DNA from: Thermodesulfobacteriota bacterium
GTDB taxonomy: Bacteria > Desulfobacterota > Binatia > Bin18
Assembly (NCBI GenBank): GCA_964291405.2
Contig: OZ219926.1
Coordinates: forward strand, 3,904,001-3,968,000
Direction of reading: 5' to 3'
DNA: 64,000 nt
How positions within the stretch are numbered: position 1 is the stretch's first letter; the number at the start of each line of letters is the position of its first letter. The notes beneath the pieces were generated by a model. It was not told the origin of the DNA. It searched no databases and saw only the letters and a list, made by a program, of their open reading frames with translations. Position numbers and translations under genes: made by a program. Below are positions 1-9,644 of the stretch, piece after piece.

Positions 1-623
1 CCGGCGGAATGCACTTTGTTCCGGATATTTAAACGAATAAGCAGAGCGGTAATCGGCTCTATCAAACTGGCGGCGGCCAGCGGGCCAACGTCAACCGTGT
101 GAATACCCAGCTTCTCTACTAGCTCAATCACCGTTGGTCTGGCGTCCTTATCTCCACAGACCAGGACATCACAGTCAATTTCAGCGTTGACGTCACGCAA
201 GAGGTGAGCGGAAATGTTTTGTAACGCACACACGACCTGGACTTCGTCGCCGAGGATTTGTTTCGCTTCTTCTGTCGCAGAGCCTGCTTCCGGCATGACT
301 ACCCGCCGGGCGTTATCCGGGTCGAGCGGGACCGACACGTCCACAAAGATCTTTCCCTTAAGCTGATCTTTCACGGACTCTACCGTCTTAACGTGGGCGG
401 AGTACGGTACGGTGATAAACACCACGTCGGCTGCGGCCGCGGCCGTGACATTATCCGTTCCGCGCAGGAGGTCCCGACCGAGTTCCTGATTGAGTTCGCT
501 TGCTACGCGTTCTCCCTTTTCCTGTTGGCGTGAGCCGATAATGACCTCTTCTCCCGCGAGCGCCCAGCGCAGGGCCAGACCGGGGCCTTGTTCTCCAGTT
601 CCTCCCAAAATGGCAATCTTCAC
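1..623 (-). CDS. npdG: NADPH-dependent F420 reductase (partial, runs off left edge; absent from ORF track)
   Basis: Manual translation from GTG at 623: MKIAILGGTGEQGPGLALRWALAGEEVIIGSR...; Rossmann GGTG motif, later FVP-Y/DVSVP-type motifs; purine-rich RBS upstream. Confidence 0.9.
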   Translation of the reverse strand, partial: MKIAILGGTGEQGPGLALRWALAGEEVIIGSRQQEKGERVASELNQELGRDLLRGTDNVTAAAAADVVFITVPYSAHVKTVESVKDQLKGKIFVDVSVPLDPDNARRVVMPEAGSATEEAKQILGDEVQVVCALQNISAHLLRDVNAEIDCDVLVCGDKDARPTVIELVEKLGIHTVDVGPLAAASLIEPITALLIRLNIRNKVHSA

Positions 624-657
624 GCGTTCTCTCCTCTCTTTCCTGTAGCTTGATTTT

Positions 658-2313
658 TTATTGGCTTCCGCCAACTGAGGCCTTGATATACTTTTCCGTG
701 ACCGGCGATAAGTCACGCGGCGACACCATAACCTCAATGATGACAAAAGACGAGGTCCGGTCGGCTTCCAATAACGTCTGGCGCAGCTCTTGGACTGTCG
801 CGGCCCGTAACCCCTTGCCGCCCCACTCTTGGGCCAGCGTGGCATAGGGCCACGGCGGAATGGTGAGCAAGTCCTGCCGTTCGGAAACCGGCCGAAAAAT
901 ACCCCAGCCTCCGTTATTCATGACCAGGACAATAGGATTGAGTTTGTGACGGGGCGCGTGCGAGATCTCCGAGCCTGTCATCTGAAAAGCTCCGTCCCCA
1001 CACAACACAATCGGCCGCTGACCGGTCCCCAATTGAGCGCCGAGTGCACCGGGGACGCCAAAGCCCATCGAGGCATAATACCCTTGGGCGAGATAGCCAC
1101 CGCCTTGGCCAATTTTAATATCCAGCCCGGCGAACAGCATATCGCCCGCCTCAGCCACAACCATATAGCCTTCGCGCCCATCAAGGAATGTGTTGACTTC
1201 CCATAACATATCCGAGACCTGGATCGCCCGATCATCTCCGGGTGGCTGCGGAGCGAGATTGTCATAATAGGTAATCTCTTCCCGATGCAGCCTCAGCGGA
1301 GCCTGCAATAAAGACTGGACGTAATCCTCAATGGTGACCTCGGTATAGGTATGAAAGCTGACATGCACCTTATTCTCCGCGGCCCAGATCGAGTGGTGAC
1401 GGTCGATGTACTGCGGCTGTGAGCCCAGATTCATATCGGTCAGGAGGGAGCCCAGGTGGAGCACCAGGTCGGACTCCTCAATCCGTTTGCGGATGGGCGC
1501 CGGCGAGATGGCCCCAATATGGACGCCCATATACTGGGGATGATCCATGGGGAAGGCGCCCTTGGCCAAAACGGTCGTCAGGCAGGGCCCGCCGATCTTT
1601 TCGACCAGGGTAATGATATCGGTCGTGAGATGATGCCGGAACGTTTCAATACCAATGATAACGGCCGGTTTGCGGGCCTGATTGAGACGGGTAGTTGTCT
1701 CCCGGACCGATTCCTCAACCTTTTGAGTGTCGGACGGAGTTCGAGAAAAGCTGCCGTCCCACCCTCTGATCCGTACAGGGACACCAATCTCCTGCTCAAC
1801 CATATCCTGATGGATCTCGATATAGCCCGGTTGCTGATGCCGCCAGATATTCTGGACCACTTCGTCAATATCCGTTGCCGCGGTCCGTGGGTCGTCAATG
1901 ATTTTTGCGGCGCAGGTAATCTCCTGAAAAATATGGAATTGGGACTCAATCTCTCTGGCCTGGTGATGGACTAACACCCCGAGTTTGCGTTTCTCCTCAC
2001 CCGGCCCACCGCTGATGACCAGGACCGGCACTCGCTCGGAATATGAGCCAGCGACGCTATTCACAACATTATGTCCCCCGGCTCCATAGGTCACACACAG
2101 GACACCGATTTTTCCGGTGGCCCGCGCGTATCCATCGACGGCGAAGCCGGCACCCGGCTCATGCGAAGAGGTAATGACTCGTATATCGTGGGGCTGGCCG
2201 AACTTCATGAAAAGCTGAATGACCAGATCACCAGGAATCCCAAACAGGTGGGTCAGGCCAATCCTGCGCAAATACGCGACAAGATAATTCCCAAGTTGCA
2301 TCCGCGCTTCCAT
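658..2313 (-). CDS. Thiamine-diphosphate-dependent 2-keto acid decarboxylase (pyruvate/indolepyruvate decarboxylase family)
   Basis: GIPGD, HE (SHEPGAGF), HH (LVHHQ) and GDGAFQMT...NN motifs; start moved to ATG 2313 behind GGAGGG. Confidence 0.85.
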   Translation of the reverse strand: MEARMQLGNYLVAYLRRIGLTHLFGIPGDLVIQLFMKFGQPHDIRVITSSHEPGAGFAVDGYARATGKIGVLCVTYGAGGHNVVNSVAGSYSERVPVLVISGGPGEEKRKLGVLVHHQAREIESQFHIFQEITCAAKIIDDPRTAATDIDEVVQNIWRHQQPGYIEIHQDMVEQEIGVPVRIRGWDGSFSRTPSDTQKVEESVRETTTRLNQARKPAVIIGIETFRHHLTTDIITLVEKIGGPCLTTVLAKGAFPMDHPQYMGVHIGAISPAPIRKRIEESDLVLHLGSLLTDMNLGSQPQYIDRHHSIWAAENKVHVSFHTYTEVTIEDYVQSLLQAPLRLHREEITYYDNLAPQPPGDDRAIQVSDMLWEVNTFLDGREGYMVVAEAGDMLFAGLDIKIGQGGGYLAQGYYASMGFGVPGALGAQLGTGQRPIVLCGDGAFQMTGSEISHAPRHKLNPIVLVMNNGGWGIFRPVSERQDLLTIPPWPYATLAQEWGGKGLRAATVQELRQTLLEADRTSSFVIIEVMVSPRDLSPVTEKYIKASVGGSQ

Positions 2314-2380
2314 ACGCCCTCCCTGTGGATAGTGTAGCAGATTCCCGGCAAGAAAGGGTAATAACATACTTGCTGACTAG

Positions 2381-2918
<538 letters not shown>

Positions 2919-2938
2919 CCGGCGCCCGAACCACTTCG

Positions 2939-3304
2939 ATGCCGACCCTAGACTTCAAAGGCAAGCAGATCGTCTATGCCCATCACCTGACCGTTCCTTC
3001 CAGAACACTGGAGGCGGACGCCGAAAAGTCGCTCCCATCCAAAGACCACCACCAGCCCTCCCTTGACGACAACCTGATTATTCACGGCGACAACCTGCAC
3101 GCCCTCAAAGCGCTCATGCCGCGCTACGCCGGACGGGTGCACTGCATCTCTATCTACACGGTGCGCTTTACCGAGCGGATTTATGTCCTGCACATGTTCC
3201 AAAAGAAAGCCAAGCAGGGAATCAAAACGCCAAAATAGGATATTGACCTCATAAAGCAACGACTCAAGGAAGCTGAGGCGTTACAGAAGGCAGGCGGAAA
3301 ATGA
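2939..3304 (+). pseudogene. Chimeric pseudogene: N-terminus of a type III R-M Mod methyltransferase fused to the C-terminus of a RelE/Gp49-like toxin, with an internal TAG
   Basis: MPTLDFKGKQ...NLIIHGDNLHALKALMPRYAGRVHCI (stops just before the expected DPPY), then IYTVRFTERIYVLHMFQKKAKQGIKTPK*DIDLIKQRLKEAE; TAG 3236-3238; natural stop TGA 3302-3304 overlaps the next ATG. Confidence 0.8.
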
Positions 3305-3654
3305 CACGAACAAAGAGGTCAACGAACCCCACTGAATATGAGGAGAGTAGCGGCAATATATTTGCGGACATTGGTCTGCCCAACACAGAGGAACATTTGG
3401 CGAAGGCGGAACTCGCCTTTCAAATCTGTCAGATCATCCGGGAACGGAAGCTCACTCAGGTCAAAGCCGCCAAGCTGCTCGGTATCAAACAGCCGAATGT
3501 CTCTGCACTCATGAAAGGCCATTTGGATGGGTTCTCGGCTGAACGCTTGTTTCGCTTTCTCAATAAGCTGGATAAGTCGATCGAAATTGTCGTCAGGGAC
3601 AAGCCGCGTCAGTCCAAGCAGGCCGATGTACGTGTGGTGGTCGATGCTGCGTAG
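3301..3654 (+). CDS. XRE-family HTH antitoxin (HigA-like partner of Gp49/RelE toxins)
   Basis: SSGNIFADIGLP...KAELA...LTQVKAAKLLGIKQPNVSALMKG...FSAERL. Confidence 0.85.
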   Translation: MTRTKRSTNPTEYEESSGNIFADIGLPNTEEHLAKAELAFQICQIIRERKLTQVKAAKLLGIKQPNVSALMKGHLDGFSAERLFRFLNKLDKSIEIVVRDKPRQSKQADVRVVVDAA

Positions 3655-3773
3655 TGGTTTCTCCTGAGGAGGGCATGTAATGCCACGTCTGTTTGCAAGC
3701 GGAGAGGCGGAATGGCATCCAGCCCCGCCGTCCCGTCCCGGTTGGTTTCCACTCCGCTCACCGCCCGACTGAC

Positions 3774-3827
3774 TGGGAGTGCAGGCTTCCAGCCTGCTTC
3801 GGGGCGGGCAAGATGCCCGCGCTCCCA
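3774..3827. repeat. REP-like inverted doublet
   Basis: tgggagtgcaggcttccagcctgc (3774-3797) and gcgggcaagatgcccgcgctccca (3804-3827) are imperfect inverted copies, each with an internal hairpin; related doublet at 51108-51157. Confidence 0.7.
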
Positions 3828-4251
3828 AGGAGGCCGGACGAAGCGGGGTGTCTCCGTCTCCTTACATCTTCCTCAAGCGGCCCTCAGGATCGACCCTCAG
3901 ATTTCATAAAACGTGAAATTTCATCCTGGATGAAAACCCGATCCGCACCCCCAATCCCCGCTGGATGCAGCCCCCAATCACCCCGCACAACGACCCCTCC
4001 TAACCCTTCCTGAAGCCCCATTTAAGGGGCCATTAAGACCCGAGATTGATATCAAAAACAGGTGAAATGAAGGTGAAATCGCGTGAAATTTTCAAGAACC
4101 TGGAGAAATGCCCTAAGTCCCGATGAATAAATGATTTTCGCCCGATTTTGGGCATTTCTCGCGTGAAATTTATCCAGTTTTTGAGGCAAAATGGTCCTTG
4201 AGTTTTGCAAAATTTTGGCCCTTGCGTTCTGCAATTTCACAGGAACGGCGC

Positions 4252-5154
4252 TTAGCCGAAAAACTCCTCGACATTACCGGAAACGACCGGCACACTCTGG
4301 ACGGCATTATTCCGAAAGACCCGGAACAGAACGGTCTCGCCAGCGGGTCGGCTCCAGAGTCGTTCATAAAAGGCGCGTCGGTCGGCTATTTCTTGCTCGT
4401 CGATAGCGAGAATTACATCCCCGGCTTTCAGCCCTGATTTGGCCCCTGGACCCTCGGGTAACAGGCCCGCGATAACAAGGTGTTCTTTGACCGTATATGA
4501 ATACATGCCGATCCAGGCGCGTGAGGGCCGGGTGACCCGCCGTCCATAGCGCAGGAGTTCGTCTCGATGTTCGGTGAAGTGTTCAACCGGAATAGCCAGA
4601 GAGAATTTTCCAATTTCATTGAGATTGAGGGAGACGACACCGACCATACGGCCGTGCATGTCGAACATGGGACCGCCGCCTAAGCCCGGATTCATAGCCG
4701 TACTCGTCAACGCTCGCTCCAGGCTATACTCCCAGTAGGCATCAAACTGGGAAACCGAGGTGAGTCCGCCGCCATTCACCCGTCGGCCGTTTTCTTCTCC
4801 CGCACTGGCGACCAGGAAAATCTCATCCCCCGCGTTCAGCGCGGTGGAAGGCTGAAGGGGGACAGCGGGAAAACCGGTTTGAGATATCTTTAACACGGCA
4901 ATACCGCTCGCAAAATCCTGCGCAACCACCTCAGCTTCGAGTTGGGTGTTATCAATCATGCTGACCTGAACCTGAGACGCACCAATAACGATGTAATTGA
5001 CGGTCAGAATATAGCCGTCCGGACTCACCACTGCCCCGGACCCCATACGCTCAGTGCCTAACAGTTGGGCAGAATGGTGCTGTGAGGGAACGGTGACCTG
5101 AATGGCAACCGTCGAAGGAACCACTTGTTCAATAAGCCTGACCGAAGCGTTCAC
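4252..5154 (-). CDS. Trypsin-like (S1C/HtrA-like) domain plus PDZ domain protein, catalytic residues degenerate
   Basis: GSGAVVSPDGYILT, NPGLGGGP, C-terminal PDZ (GPGAKSGLKAGDVILAID). Confidence 0.8.
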   Translation of the reverse strand: MNASVRLIEQVVPSTVAIQVTVPSQHHSAQLLGTERMGSGAVVSPDGYILTVNYIVIGASQVQVSMIDNTQLEAEVVAQDFASGIAVLKISQTGFPAVPLQPSTALNAGDEIFLVASAGEENGRRVNGGGLTSVSQFDAYWEYSLERALTSTAMNPGLGGGPMFDMHGRMVGVVSLNLNEIGKFSLAIPVEHFTEHRDELLRYGRRVTRPSRAWIGMYSYTVKEHLVIAGLLPEGPGAKSGLKAGDVILAIDEQEIADRRAFYERLWSRPAGETVLFRVFRNNAVQSVPVVSGNVEEFFG

Positions 5155-5349
5155 GCTGTCCCCTTTGAGTCTGCGGAGTCAACAATAACTAATGCCTCAC
5201 CTGTATGAAAGCAACCCCTCAAGACTCTGGCCTGCCGCCGCCTGCCCGAGCGGCCCTGCGTGTGCTAATATCCCGTACTTTTCAGGCACGTTCGCTTTGG
5301 CCATTATGGCGAGGCGCGGACACGACTGACCAGAAGGGGTAACCGTACC

Positions 5350-7539
5350 GTGATGAAACGTTCGACCGAGCCGCACACATCGACCCTGTCCGAGTATGAA
5401 TCAAAGCGTGTGATTGCCGGATACGGGGGTGTGATTTCTCGAGAAGTTCTTGTCCAGGACCCGTCCGAGGCAGGTCGTGCGGCAGCGGGGATTGGTTTTC
5501 CGGTTGTGGTGAAACTGTGCGGAGCGCGTATTGCTCACAAGACCGAACGTGACCTCGTCCGCCTCGGTCTTGATACGACCCAGGCTGTTGAGCGGGCGGC
5601 GCACGAGCTGTGGGCGCGACGTCGGGATGAAGATGGAGAAGTCAGTCTGCTCGTTGCTGAGATGGTTGCCGGGCAGAGAGAGTTGATCGCCGGTATGGTC
5701 CGTGACCCTCAATTCGGTCCGTGCGTCCTCCTGGGCCTTGGCGGCGTTCTGACCGAAGCGCTCGGCGATGTGGTCTTTGCCCTGGCACCGCTCTCTCACA
5801 CTCAAGCGAGAGCCATGGTTGAGGGGATGCGGTTCGAACATCTCGTTACCCAACCGTTTCGGGGCGAGGAGCCGGTTGATCTCGATGCCCTGGCCGATCT
5901 CCTGGTTGGGCTGGGCCGCCTGGCCGTCGAGCGACCTGACATTGAGAGCGTGGACGTGAACCCCCTGATCGTTGTCAACGGAAAACCCATTGCGGTTGAT
6001 GCCCTGGTCGTCACGAATCCGACGCCCCGCACCAGACCCACGGTTCAGCGGCGGGCCCCTGAAGATACCCTTAAACGCTTCCGCCCCCTGTTTCACCCGC
6101 GTGGTGTGATCGTTGCCGGGGCGTCCTCCCATCCAGGGAAATTCGGGTTTGTCTCTTTGCACAACCTCAGACGCTTCGGTTATCAAGGCGAAATCTTTCC
6201 AGTCAATCGTGACGGCGCGGAGATTCTCGGCCAACCCACCTATCGGACTGTAGAGGAGATTCCGCCGAATAAGGCCGACCTTGTCTTTGTGTGCACACCT
6301 GTTGCGGCCAATATCGAACTGCTGCGTTCCTGTGCCAAGATCGGCGTGCGGGCCGCCTTTGTCGCCAGTGGGGGCTATCGGGAGGCTGGAGAGGAGGGCC
6401 GCCGCCTGGAAAACGAACTGGTCGAAACCGCCGAGGAGCTTGGCCTGCTGCTGGCCGGGCCGAACGGCCAAGGGGTGATCTCGACGCCGGTATCGATGTG
6501 TGCCCAAATTGTAGCGCCGTATCCTCCGGCGGGCCGCCTGTCCGTTGTAAGTCAGAGCGGGAACCTGCTATCTGCCTTCCTGAACTACTCCGTCCAGACC
6601 GGAGTCGGCGTAAGTAAGGCTGTTTCTGCCGGTAACTCCGCCTACACGAATATCGCTGATTATCTGGAATATTTTGCGGCCGACCCGGAAACTGACGTCG
6701 TTCTTGCTTATCTCGAGGGCGTACCTGACGGTCCTCATTTCATTGACGCAGTCCGCGGTCTCACCCGGCGCAAGCCGTTGGTGTTGGTGAAAGGCGGCGC
6801 TGCGGCAGAGGGGCAGCGGGCGGCCTTATCGCATACCGGTTCGCTGGCGACGGACGACCGTGTCTTTGACGGGCTGTGCCGTCAGTTTGGCATATTGCGG
6901 GCGCCGACGATCGAGCATGCCTTTGAGTGGGCGGCGACCCTGGCGACCCAGCCGCTCCCGCAAGGCAGACGAGTCGTGGTCTTTACCACCGTTGGCGGCT
7001 GGGGGGTCCTGACCGCGGATGCCTGCGCCCAGGTCGGGCTCGACCTTATCCCCCTCCCCCAGGGCCTTATAGAGACGATTAGTACCCTGGTCCCGGCCCG
7101 CTGGAGCCACAATAATCCGATTGATCTGGCGGGCGGCGAGACTCGGGATACGGTTCCTCAAGTCCTTGACCTCGTCTGTGGCCACCCCGAGGTCGATGCG
7201 GTGCTGCATCTTGGTCTGGGTATCCAGGCCGCAACTGCTCACGGCTTTAAGGGTGGTGCATTCTATCCGGACTACGGCTTGGAGCGCATGGCCGGATTCC
7301 ATGAAAACCAAGAGCGACGCTATGCCGCAGCCGCGGCCGCAGCTTCAGGCCGGCATCAAAAACCCGTCCTCACGACCACCGAACTCGTCTATACTGCTGC
7401 GGAGTACGGTAATGTCGGCCCCCTCGCCGTCCGTGAAGCCGGGCGTGTGTGTTACCCAAGCGCCCACCGGGCGGTTGCCGCGCTCCGGGCTGCGATAGAG
7501 TATGCGGAATTTCGCCGGCGTTATGATACGACTGAATGA
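5350..7539 (+). CDS. NDP-forming acyl-CoA synthetase (acetate-CoA ligase family), ATP-grasp domain first then CoA-binding/ligase domains
   Basis: LSEYESK...GFPVVVK...HKTE...DPQFGP...DVNP; GPNGQG, SQSG, SHTGSLA (phospho-His), NPIDL. Confidence 0.88.
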   Translation: MMKRSTEPHTSTLSEYESKRVIAGYGGVISREVLVQDPSEAGRAAAGIGFPVVVKLCGARIAHKTERDLVRLGLDTTQAVERAAHELWARRRDEDGEVSLLVAEMVAGQRELIAGMVRDPQFGPCVLLGLGGVLTEALGDVVFALAPLSHTQARAMVEGMRFEHLVTQPFRGEEPVDLDALADLLVGLGRLAVERPDIESVDVNPLIVVNGKPIAVDALVVTNPTPRTRPTVQRRAPEDTLKRFRPLFHPRGVIVAGASSHPGKFGFVSLHNLRRFGYQGEIFPVNRDGAEILGQPTYRTVEEIPPNKADLVFVCTPVAANIELLRSCAKIGVRAAFVASGGYREAGEEGRRLENELVETAEELGLLLAGPNGQGVISTPVSMCAQIVAPYPPAGRLSVVSQSGNLLSAFLNYSVQTGVGVSKAVSAGNSAYTNIADYLEYFAADPETDVVLAYLEGVPDGPHFIDAVRGLTRRKPLVLVKGGAAAEGQRAALSHTGSLATDDRVFDGLCRQFGILRAPTIEHAFEWAATLATQPLPQGRRVVVFTTVGGWGVLTADACAQVGLDLIPLPQGLIETISTLVPARWSHNNPIDLAGGETRDTVPQVLDLVCGHPEVDAVLHLGLGIQAATAHGFKGGAFYPDYGLERMAGFHENQERRYAAAAAAASGRHQKPVLTTTELVYTAAEYGNVGPLAVREAGRVCYPSAHRAVAALRAAIEYAEFRRRYDTTE

Positions 7540-7569
7540 CAAGCCGGAAAGAAGACACGGGAGGGAAGC

Positions 7570-8670
7570 ATGAGACCTGACTACACCGTCATTGATGCCG
7601 ATGGGCATGTCGATGAGAAGGCCGTCAATTGGGTTGACTTACTGCCCGAGCGCTATCACAAGGACGCGCCCTGTTGGGTGAGCTACCCCGACGGTCGCAA
7701 GCATCTGGTGGTTGAGGGCAAAATGTGGCCCAGTCGGCGTGATTTCTACGGCCGACTCGGCATGTGGCCCGAGCCCAAGAAGCCGGACCACCAATGGGGC
7801 TGGGATCGCGTGGGGATGCAGGACCCGCACAAGCGTATCCCCGATATGGACCTCGAAGGAATCGACATTGCCGTCCTGTTCGGGACCTTTATCGGTCTCG
7901 GCGCCGCCGCGTCAATTGAAGACCCCGGCCTGGGTATGGCCGTCTCCGTCGCCTATAACAACTGGCTGGCCGAATACTGCAAACCCTACGCGGACCGCCT
8001 TAAAGGCATCGCCATGATTCCCATGCAGGATCCCGAGGCGGCGCGGGGCGAAATCAGACGGACGGTCGAGCAACTGGGCATGGTCGGTGTCCAGGTCCTG
8101 ACGAATTTCGGTGGCAAGCTCCTGCACGAAGCCGAGTTCGACCCGATTTGGGAAGAAGCCCAGGGACTAGGAGTCCCCATTTGTGCGCATATCATCTCAA
8201 CCAACTCCGCAGGTGTCGATCGCTTTGATCGCTACGTGTTCAAGCACGCCTTTTATTCGCTCGACACCATGCTGGCCGTTGCCTCGTTTGCCTCCGGGGG
8301 AATCTTGGAACGATTCCCGAAGCTGAAAGTGGCCTTTATGGAAGCCGGCGCCGGCTGGGTCCCATGGATGATGGATCGGCTCCACGAGCACTATGAGCTG
8401 CTGCCGCAGCAAATGCCCTGGCAGCAGCGCAGCCCTGAGGACTGGATTACGAGCGAGAACTGTTTTTTCGCGGTCGAGCCGGACGAAAAGACCATTCCGT
8501 TCGTGGCCCAGCTGATCGGAGAAGAGCGCCTGATCTACGCCTCGGACTACTCGCACTGGGACTGTATGTGCCCGGATTCGGTCAAAGCCATCTATGAGCG
8601 GACGGATATATCGGACGGGCTGAAGAAGAAAATCCTGAGTGAGAATGCCGCACGCTTATTCAACCTCTAA
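7570..8670 (+). CDS. Amidohydrolase_2 family protein (decarboxylase/hydratase-like)
   Basis: DADGH, AYNNW, EAGAGW, ASDYSHWD, ENAARLF. Confidence 0.85.
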   Translation: MRPDYTVIDADGHVDEKAVNWVDLLPERYHKDAPCWVSYPDGRKHLVVEGKMWPSRRDFYGRLGMWPEPKKPDHQWGWDRVGMQDPHKRIPDMDLEGIDIAVLFGTFIGLGAAASIEDPGLGMAVSVAYNNWLAEYCKPYADRLKGIAMIPMQDPEAARGEIRRTVEQLGMVGVQVLTNFGGKLLHEAEFDPIWEEAQGLGVPICAHIISTNSAGVDRFDRYVFKHAFYSLDTMLAVASFASGGILERFPKLKVAFMEAGAGWVPWMMDRLHEHYELLPQQMPWQQRSPEDWITSENCFFAVEPDEKTIPFVAQLIGEERLIYASDYSHWDCMCPDSVKAIYERTDISDGLKKKILSENAARLFNL

Positions 8671-8684
8671 ACGCGGGTGACCCT

Positions 8685-9644
8685 ATGCATGACTACATCA
8701 CTCCCGCAGGCTGGCGAACAGGGATCGAGGAGGTTGCGCCGAAAGTCTACGCCTATATTCAGGCGTATGGGGAACTGGGCGTCAGTAATGCCGGCCTGCT
8801 ACTGGACCGTGAAGGAATCATGGCGATTGATGCCCTCATGGTTCCGTCCATGACTACCCGCTTTCTCGGGGCGATTAAGAAAGTGACGAGACGACCGGTC
8901 TCCCGGCTGATCAACACCCACCATCACGTCGATCACAGCGGCGGAAATTTTCTTTTTCGCGACGCCCAGGTCATCAGCCACACCTTCTGTCGTGACGAAC
9001 AGCTCCGGGAGGGCATACCTGTTAAACAGCTCCAGCAGCGCATTCCGCGCTTTGCCAAGGAGTTCTCCAAGCTCAAACCCAGGGTCCCGGACCTGACCTT
9101 TGAAGACCGGCTGGTCTTCCACCAGTCCGGACGCGACGTGGAACTGCGCCATCTCGGGCCGGCCCACACCTTTGGCGACGCCTTTGTCTATTTGCCCAAA
9201 GACAAGATTCTATTTGCCGGGGACCTGGCTTTTTACTATGTCACGCCCCTGGCCTTTCAAGGTCATGTCGGCAATTGGATCAAGGTTGCCGATCGGATTT
9301 TGAAGCTGGACGTGGACCTCATCGTGCCGGGGCACGGTCCGCTTGGCGGTAAAAAAGAACTGCGCGAAATGCGATCCTACCTCATGCTCATCCGGCGCGA
9401 GGCCAAGAAACGCTTTCAGCTCGGTATGAGCCCCGAAGAAGCCGCCCGCGACGTGAAGCTTGGCATCTACGCTCGCTGGCGCGAGCCCGAGCGGATTCTG
9501 CCCAACATCATGCGGCTCTACCAGGAGTTCCAGAACGAACTCGACCGCCCCATCGACCGGCAGCGTATGATGGACGGCATGCGCCAGCTTCGGGCCGAAC
9601 GCCACGGCCACGCCGCGGGTGAGCCGGATTGGTGCTGTACCTAA
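8685..9644 (+). CDS. Metallo-beta-lactamase fold hydrolase (cyclase-like)
   Basis: SNAG, NTHHHVDHSGGN, AHT.GD, FAGDL, VPGHG. Confidence 0.85.
   Translation: MHDYITPAGWRTGIEEVAPKVYAYIQAYGELGVSNAGLLLDREGIMAIDALMVPSMTTRFLGAIKKVTRRPVSRLINTHHHVDHSGGNFLFRDAQVISHTFCRDEQLREGIPVKQLQQRIPRFAKEFSKLKPRVPDLTFEDRLVFHQSGRDVELRHLGPAHTFGDAFVYLPKDKILFAGDLAFYYVTPLAFQGHVGNWIKVADRILKLDVDLIVPGHGPLGGKKELREMRSYLMLIRREAKKRFQLGMSPEEAARDVKLGIYARWREPERILPNIMRLYQEFQNELDRPIDRQRMMDGMRQLRAERHGHAAGEPDWCCT

Noticed and set aside
258-533. 91-aa plus-strand ORF
   Set aside because: Shadow of npdG on the minus strand
3236-3238. TAG read-through (pyrrolysine or recoding)
   Set aside because: Many intact genes in the window end in TAG; this one is in an already chimeric remnant and fits CAG to TAG
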